Positions 7,137 through 11,242 of a stretch of 11,242 nucleotides of DNA are shown here, piece by piece (position 1 is the stretch's first letter; every line of letters starts with the position of its first letter). The notes under the pieces were generated by a model. The model was not told where the DNA came from and did not search any database. It was given only the letters and a program-made list of their open reading frames with translations. The translations under genes were made by a program, and so were the position numbers. Source of the stretch: Candidatus Hermodarchaeota archaeon (GTDB lineage Archaea > Asgardarchaeota > Heimdallarchaeia > Hodarchaeales > Hodarchaeaceae); assembly GCA_048886185.1 (NCBI GenBank), contig JBHLKY010000042.1, positions 4,861-16,102 of the forward strand, given 5' to 3'.

Positions 7137-8468
7137 ATGCGAATTCCTGATCGGATAGTTAATTATATATTATGGAAGGCTTCATCTGATTATTTCACTT
7201 TGAGGAGATTGAAAAAAACAGTTAAACTAGCCCATCAAACGGAATTTTATCGGGAAAAATTATCTAAAGCTGGTGTTAGAAGCATCAGTTCCATTGAGGA
7301 TTTTATAACCAAAATTCCACTCACCCAACGAGAAGAGATTTCTCTCGAGGCCATTTCTCCTTATGATCTACTAGCTGTTGACTCGAGTAAAGAGATGGTT
7401 TTATTTGGACAGACCAGTGGAGCGACTAGTGGTCATTCTGTTCCTGTTTTTATGACCAAAAAGGAATTCAAGAAAGCTATCAAAATGGCAATGAGGTTAC
7501 CTGTTTTCAAACATATTTCTTCTCGAGATCGCGTATGCCTTCTTTTTCCGATGGTTAGAACATTTGCTGGGCAGACAGCTGCAGCTATGGTGGAACATGC
7601 AGGAGCGTTACTGGCCAGTATGGGTACGCGTACTAATATCAACCCACCAGAACAAGTGGGCAAAACCATTCTTAAACTAAAGCCAACGATATTAGGGGTA
7701 GTTGCCACTGATGCCCTTGCTCTTGCTCAAATATTCAAGGATTGGGGGATAAACCCTAAGAGTATAGGTGTTAAAAAACTAGTTATAGGTGCAGAACTCT
7801 GTTCAAAAAATCGGATGAAGAGGATGCAAGAAATCTATGGCGCAGAGATGATTTTTAATTTTGTTGGTCAAAACGAAGTAGGATTACCAGGGATTCCATG
7901 TATCAAAGGAAACACGCATTTTCCATCGATTGCGATGTTTGTTGAATTGTGGTCGATAGATGGAAAACATAAGGTTGGTTTTGGTCAACAAGCAGTTCCA
8001 GTGATCACTCCTTTGTTTAAAAAAGCCATGCCAGTGCTCCGTTATTGGACAAAGGACATTGTTATCATGGAAGAAGGGAAAAACTGTCCTTGTGGACTTC
8101 AATTACCTTTATACAACATCTTAGGGAGAGAAGGAACCGAGATACGTGCGAAAAATGACAATGCCTTGATGCCTATCGAAATAGAAGACATTCTGTACAA
8201 AACAGCTATTGATGGTGTTTGGTACCAAATCGAGATAGATGAGGATACAGTAGCTATAACTGTTGAACATCGGGTGAAGAAGGAATGGAAAATACTTGAA
8301 AGCGAAATTGCAGGTAATTTCATGGGAGTCTTTGATCAAAAGATTCAAGTAGAGTGTGTTCCTGTTGGTACATTATATGATTATACAGTAATCCGTCCTG
8401 GTAAACCCATCTCAAGGATAGTTGATCATAGAAAAACTGAATCAGTTCCCATATTGGAAGGTGCATGA
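7137..8468 (+). CDS. Phenylacetate-CoA ligase (PaaK)/F390 synthetase-like adenylate-forming enzyme, divergent
   Basis: FYREKL..AG, P-loop QTSGATSG, KPTIL, LVIGAE, VGQNEVG (cf. YGxSE), MPVLRYWTKD (cf. PxIRYRTxD), CPCG, ILGR, C-terminal GKPISRIVDHRK. GAGG RBS at 7126-7129. Confidence 0.85.
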   Translation: MRIPDRIVNYILWKASSDYFTLRRLKKTVKLAHQTEFYREKLSKAGVRSISSIEDFITKIPLTQREEISLEAISPYDLLAVDSSKEMVLFGQTSGATSGHSVPVFMTKKEFKKAIKMAMRLPVFKHISSRDRVCLLFPMVRTFAGQTAAAMVEHAGALLASMGTRTNINPPEQVGKTILKLKPTILGVVATDALALAQIFKDWGINPKSIGVKKLVIGAELCSKNRMKRMQEIYGAEMIFNFVGQNEVGLPGIPCIKGNTHFPSIAMFVELWSIDGKHKVGFGQQAVPVITPLFKKAMPVLRYWTKDIVIMEEGKNCPCGLQLPLYNILGREGTEIRAKNDNALMPIEIEDILYKTAIDGVWYQIEIDEDTVAITVEHRVKKEWKILESEIAGNFMGVFDQKIQVECVPVGTLYDYTVIRPGKPISRIVDHRKTESVPILEGA

Positions 8469-8529
8469 TCTTAAGTTTCCTACAATTTTATTTCCAAAAT
8501 ACCAAAAACAGCTATTTATGGTGAGAATA

Positions 8530-9645
8530 ATGTCAAATTCTTTTGGTCAAATATTTCGAATTACCATCTTTGGTGAGAGTTATGGAGAGTCAATAGGAGT
8601 TGTTATTGATGGTTGTCCACCTGGTATATTGATTGATCCCAAAGAAATCGAAGAGGCTCTTAAGAAGGGTGAAGCAAGATACTTACCAGGGATTACTAGT
8701 GAGCGGACGGAATCTAATGAGTTCAAGATCAAATCAGGTGTTTTTAATGGATTTAGTACTGGAGCTCCTATAACTTTAGAGATAGCTAATGAAGATCTAA
8801 GAGACAGTTCAAAATATGAAAAACGGAAGCATACTCCGCGCCCTGGTCATTCAGACTTTACTACGAGATTAAAATATGGTGGTTTCAATGATTACAGGGG
8901 AGGTGGTCGTTTTTCGGGCAGAGTGATGGTTGCGATAACGGCTGCAGGTTGTATTGCCAAGAAATTACTTTTGAATTACGCAAATGTCCGCATCTTTACA
9001 TTCACTTCACAAATTGGCAGTATTTCATTTCAAATGAACGAATTTAATGAAGGAATTTTTGATAGAGATCCCTATAATTATCTATCTAGGTGCCCCGATT
9101 ATGAGATTGACCGTATAATGGTAGAGGAAATTCTTAAGGTAAAAAATGAAGGGGATAGTATTGGCGGGATAATTTCATGCTATATTAAAGGTATTCCAAC
9201 AGGTCTTGGGGAACCACTTTTCAATAATATTGAGAGTAACCTAGCTTCAGGAATGTTTAGTATCCCAGGAGCATGTGCCATTGATTTTGGAACAGGGTTT
9301 CGATTAGCTCAAATGAAAGGATCTGAAGCCAATGACCAGTTATATTACAATTCTCGGAAAGATCGCTTCGAGACTAAAACGAATCATAGTGGAGGAATAT
9401 TAGGTGGAATATCAACTGGTATCTCTCCTATTACTTTCCATTTAGCATTTAAACCAACCCCGTCAATTTACAAACCCCAACATACAGTTAATCTAAAAAC
9501 AAAGGAAAATTTTGTAATGAAATTAGGTGGACGGTTTGATCCGTGTATTGTGCCCAGAGCAGTGATAATAGTGGAACAACTAGCTGCTCTAGTGTTTGCA
9601 GATTTGTTCTTGTTGGCTGAAGTTGCTAAACCGAAAAAATTCTAA
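8530..9645 (+). CDS. aroC: Chorismate synthase homolog with atypical active-site residues
   Basis: MSNSFG..FRITIFGES.G, IDGCPPG, PRPGHSD, DYRGGGRFSGR, GDSIGG, GLGEP, NHSGGILGGIS, FKPTPSI, GRFDPCIVPRA. Start ATG 8530 has GGTGAG at 8520-8525; the track start at 8422 is an in-frame TTG inside the upstream gene. Confidence 0.92.
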   Translation: MSNSFGQIFRITIFGESYGESIGVVIDGCPPGILIDPKEIEEALKKGEARYLPGITSERTESNEFKIKSGVFNGFSTGAPITLEIANEDLRDSSKYEKRKHTPRPGHSDFTTRLKYGGFNDYRGGGRFSGRVMVAITAAGCIAKKLLLNYANVRIFTFTSQIGSISFQMNEFNEGIFDRDPYNYLSRCPDYEIDRIMVEEILKVKNEGDSIGGIISCYIKGIPTGLGEPLFNNIESNLASGMFSIPGACAIDFGTGFRLAQMKGSEANDQLYYNSRKDRFETKTNHSGGILGGISTGISPITFHLAFKPTPSIYKPQHTVNLKTKENFVMKLGGRFDPCIVPRAVIIVEQLAALVFADLFLLAEVAKPKKF

Positions 9646-9648
9646 TTC

Positions 9649-10503
9649 TTAGAGGAGACGAATGCAGCTCACACGGGATTTTAAGATTAGTGAAGGATCT
9701 AGTCCGTCCCACGCTTTTATGATATTTGGTTCATCCTTTTTGTGACATAAAGCAACAATTGCAGGACCAGTGCCAGAAACTGATGCTGCTAGTGCTTTAT
9801 TTTTTAAAGCAATATCCATTGGAGTGGTATCATATTCAAATGATCGTGCGACAAGGAAGCCATTTTGTGTCATAGCCGTTAAGAAGTCTGTTTTGGCTTT
9901 TTTAATAATTTCTTGCATTTCTAAGGCGTTTTGTTGAAAATTAGTTATTTCCTCAAAAAAGTTAACTGTTTTTCGTGCCTTGAATTTACCAGGAATAAAA
10001 ATTAAAACAATAATTTCAAAAGGCACTGGCTGATGCAACAATACCAGGTTCTGAGTGTTATTAGTGATGCAGAAACCTCCTAACAAAGAAGCAGTTGCAT
10101 CATCCAGAGCACCTGTCACTGAAATCTTTGCTTGTATTGCAGCACTTGTACTAATGTCTAAAATTTGTTTTACAGAAAGTTGCACGTTGGCAGCATTAAC
10201 AGTCGCTAACACAGCAGCATTAATAACAGCACTAGAACTTTTTAAGCCAAAAGCAATGGGAATATTCGAACCAACGGTAACTATTCCCCCTAATGGTTTC
10301 TGTTCTCCAATGTAGGTCAAAGTTTTTTTTATAGCAATTTGAACTGCATGTGAAGGCGCTAGCAACGGCTTATTCTCTTTTAGATTAATAATTACATCAG
10401 TAAAGAGGTCTTTTAAGCCTATAGCTGCTCCTGTTCCAGTAGCCAATGCATTAATAACACTGATAGCCCCAAAGGCATGCCCGTGACCTTTAAAAATGTT
10501 AAT
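9649..10503 (-). CDS. aroK: Archaeal (GHMP-superfamily) shikimate kinase; start probably non-canonical ATT at 10503 or 10497
   Basis: GAISVINALATGTGAAIG, IPIAFGLKSSSA, SVTGALDDATASLLGG, SVSGTGPA. The conserved N-terminal motif lies upstream of the track's TTG at 10446. 284 aa from ATT 10503. Confidence 0.88.
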   Translation of the reverse strand: MNIFKGHGHAFGAISVINALATGTGAAIGLKDLFTDVIINLKENKPLLAPSHAVQIAIKKTLTYIGEQKPLGGIVTVGSNIPIAFGLKSSSAVINAAVLATVNAANVQLSVKQILDISTSAAIQAKISVTGALDDATASLLGGFCITNNTQNLVLLHQPVPFEIIVLIFIPGKFKARKTVNFFEEITNFQQNALEMQEIIKKAKTDFLTAMTQNGFLVARSFEYDTTPMDIALKNKALAASVSGTGPAIVALCHKKDEPNIIKAWDGLDPSLILKSRVSCIRLL

Positions 10504-11242
10504 TAGTGATTTCCCTCCAAATAGACCTCATAATTTCTAGATCGGTTTCTAACCTGGTCCATATTGAAAAGGCTTTTGCTGCTTGACCTAAGAACATTTT
10601 TACACCACTGACGACATTTTTGTGATATTCAGTAGCTTGTTCAACTAGCCTTGTTACCGATGGGTTATAAACCATATCGAATACAAAAGTACACTTTTTT
10701 ATCCAGCTTGTTGGAACAATAGTTGAAAAAGTTTGGCCAGCCATTCCTACTGGAGTTGCATTAACAATCAAATCAATATCTGGTATAATTTTCAGGGAAT
10801 CGGTGAGAGAAATATATTCTAATCCGAATTCCTTAGCTAATTTTTTACCCTTAGCTTCAGTACGGTTAACTAATATACCAGTTTTATTTTTTAAAGCAAC
10901 ACACAGTGCTCGGGCAGCGCCCCCAGCTCCAAAAACAGCGTAGCTACCAATCTGGTCTATGTATTCAGTCAAAGCACTACTAATTCCATCAATATCTGTA
11001 TTATACCCTTGAAGTTTCTCTCCATCAAACCATATTGTGTTAATTGCTTTTATTTCCTCTACTGATTGATCCAAGGAGTCACATAGCGGAAGAATACTCT
11101 CTTTAAAAGGAGTCGTAATATTAGCTCCCAAAAAATTTATCTCCTTAAGTCCCTCAATAGCTTTCTTGAGATCATTGGGAGCAAAGGCAAGATAACAGAA
11201 ATTAAGATTATAAAATGAGATTAAAGCGTTCATGACAGGGGG
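10499..11242 (-). CDS. aroE: Shikimate dehydrogenase (NADP), 5'-partial at the window edge
   Basis: GANITTPFKE, AINTI, GYNTD, GAGGAARA, VNRT, VNATPVGM, FDMVYNP, G.KMFLGQA..AF.IWT. The frame stays open to 11242 (CCC CCT GTC ATG), and the usual SxSP N-terminus is missing, so ATG 11233 is probably internal. Confidence 0.93.
   Translation of the reverse strand, partial: PPVMNALISFYNLNFCYLAFAPNDLKKAIEGLKEINFLGANITTPFKESILPLCDSLDQSVEEIKAINTIWFDGEKLQGYNTDIDGISSALTEYIDQIGSYAVFGAGGAARALCVALKNKTGILVNRTEAKGKKLAKEFGLEYISLTDSLKIIPDIDLIVNATPVGMAGQTFSTIVPTSWIKKCTFVFDMVYNPSVTRLVEQATEYHKNVVSGVKMFLGQAAKAFSIWTRLETDLEIMRSIWREITN
10513..10518 (-). promoter_or_regulatory. Shine-Dalgarno-like GGAGGG upstream of the aroK N-terminus, inside the aroE 3' end
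   Basis: Minus strand reads TTT GGAGGG AAATCACTA ATT AAC ATT TTT AAA GGT. Confidence 0.55.

Noticed and set aside
8422-8529. 36-aa N-terminal extension of AroC in the ORF track
   Set aside because: It starts at a TTG inside the ligase gene. The family N-terminus (MSNSFG) and an SD point to ATG 8530.
203-10315. Short track ORFs 203-466, 596-793, 986-1180, 2817-3011, 4780-4962, 5642-5857, 5917-6114, 7433-7708, 7884-8102, 8099-8323, 8121-8348, 10055-10315
   Set aside because: Each lies largely or wholly antisense or out of frame within a well-supported gene and has no recognisable motif; they are shadow ORFs.
1-11242. CRISPR array, rRNA/tRNA genes, transposase or integrase
   Set aside because: None seen: no regularly spaced short repeats and no recombinase motifs in any ORF.

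Overview
AT-rich archaeal-type DNA. The ADH/DHQ-synthase-II entry route, GHMP-type shikimate kinase and GGTGA/GGAGG ribosome-binding motifs point to an archaeon. An Asgard (Heimdallarchaeia/Hodarchaeales-like) origin is my inference only. The window holds six of the seven steps of the archaeal shikimate pathway: aroB', aroD, aroA' (ADH synthase) and aroC on +, converging on aroK and aroE on -. EPSP synthase is absent from the window. Between aroA' and aroC lies a ~5.7 kb co-oriented block: a UbiA-family prenyltransferase, two overlapping and apparently paralogous 7-8 TM proteins, a symmetry-rich 223-bp intergenic region with an attC-like 61-bp element, a 680-bp-period tandem duplication of a cell-surface protein (with a possible relic of a third copy), and a divergent PaaK-like adenylate-forming ligase. 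Main leads: (1) the AroC and AroD homologs carry substitutions at normally conserved active-site positions, which with missing EPSP synthase plus a ligase and prenyltransferase suggests a diverted pathway to an unknown (prenylated) aromatic; (2) aroK has no canonical start codon for its conserved N-terminus; (3) a solo attC-like site. All family assignments come from recalled motifs; no searches were run.
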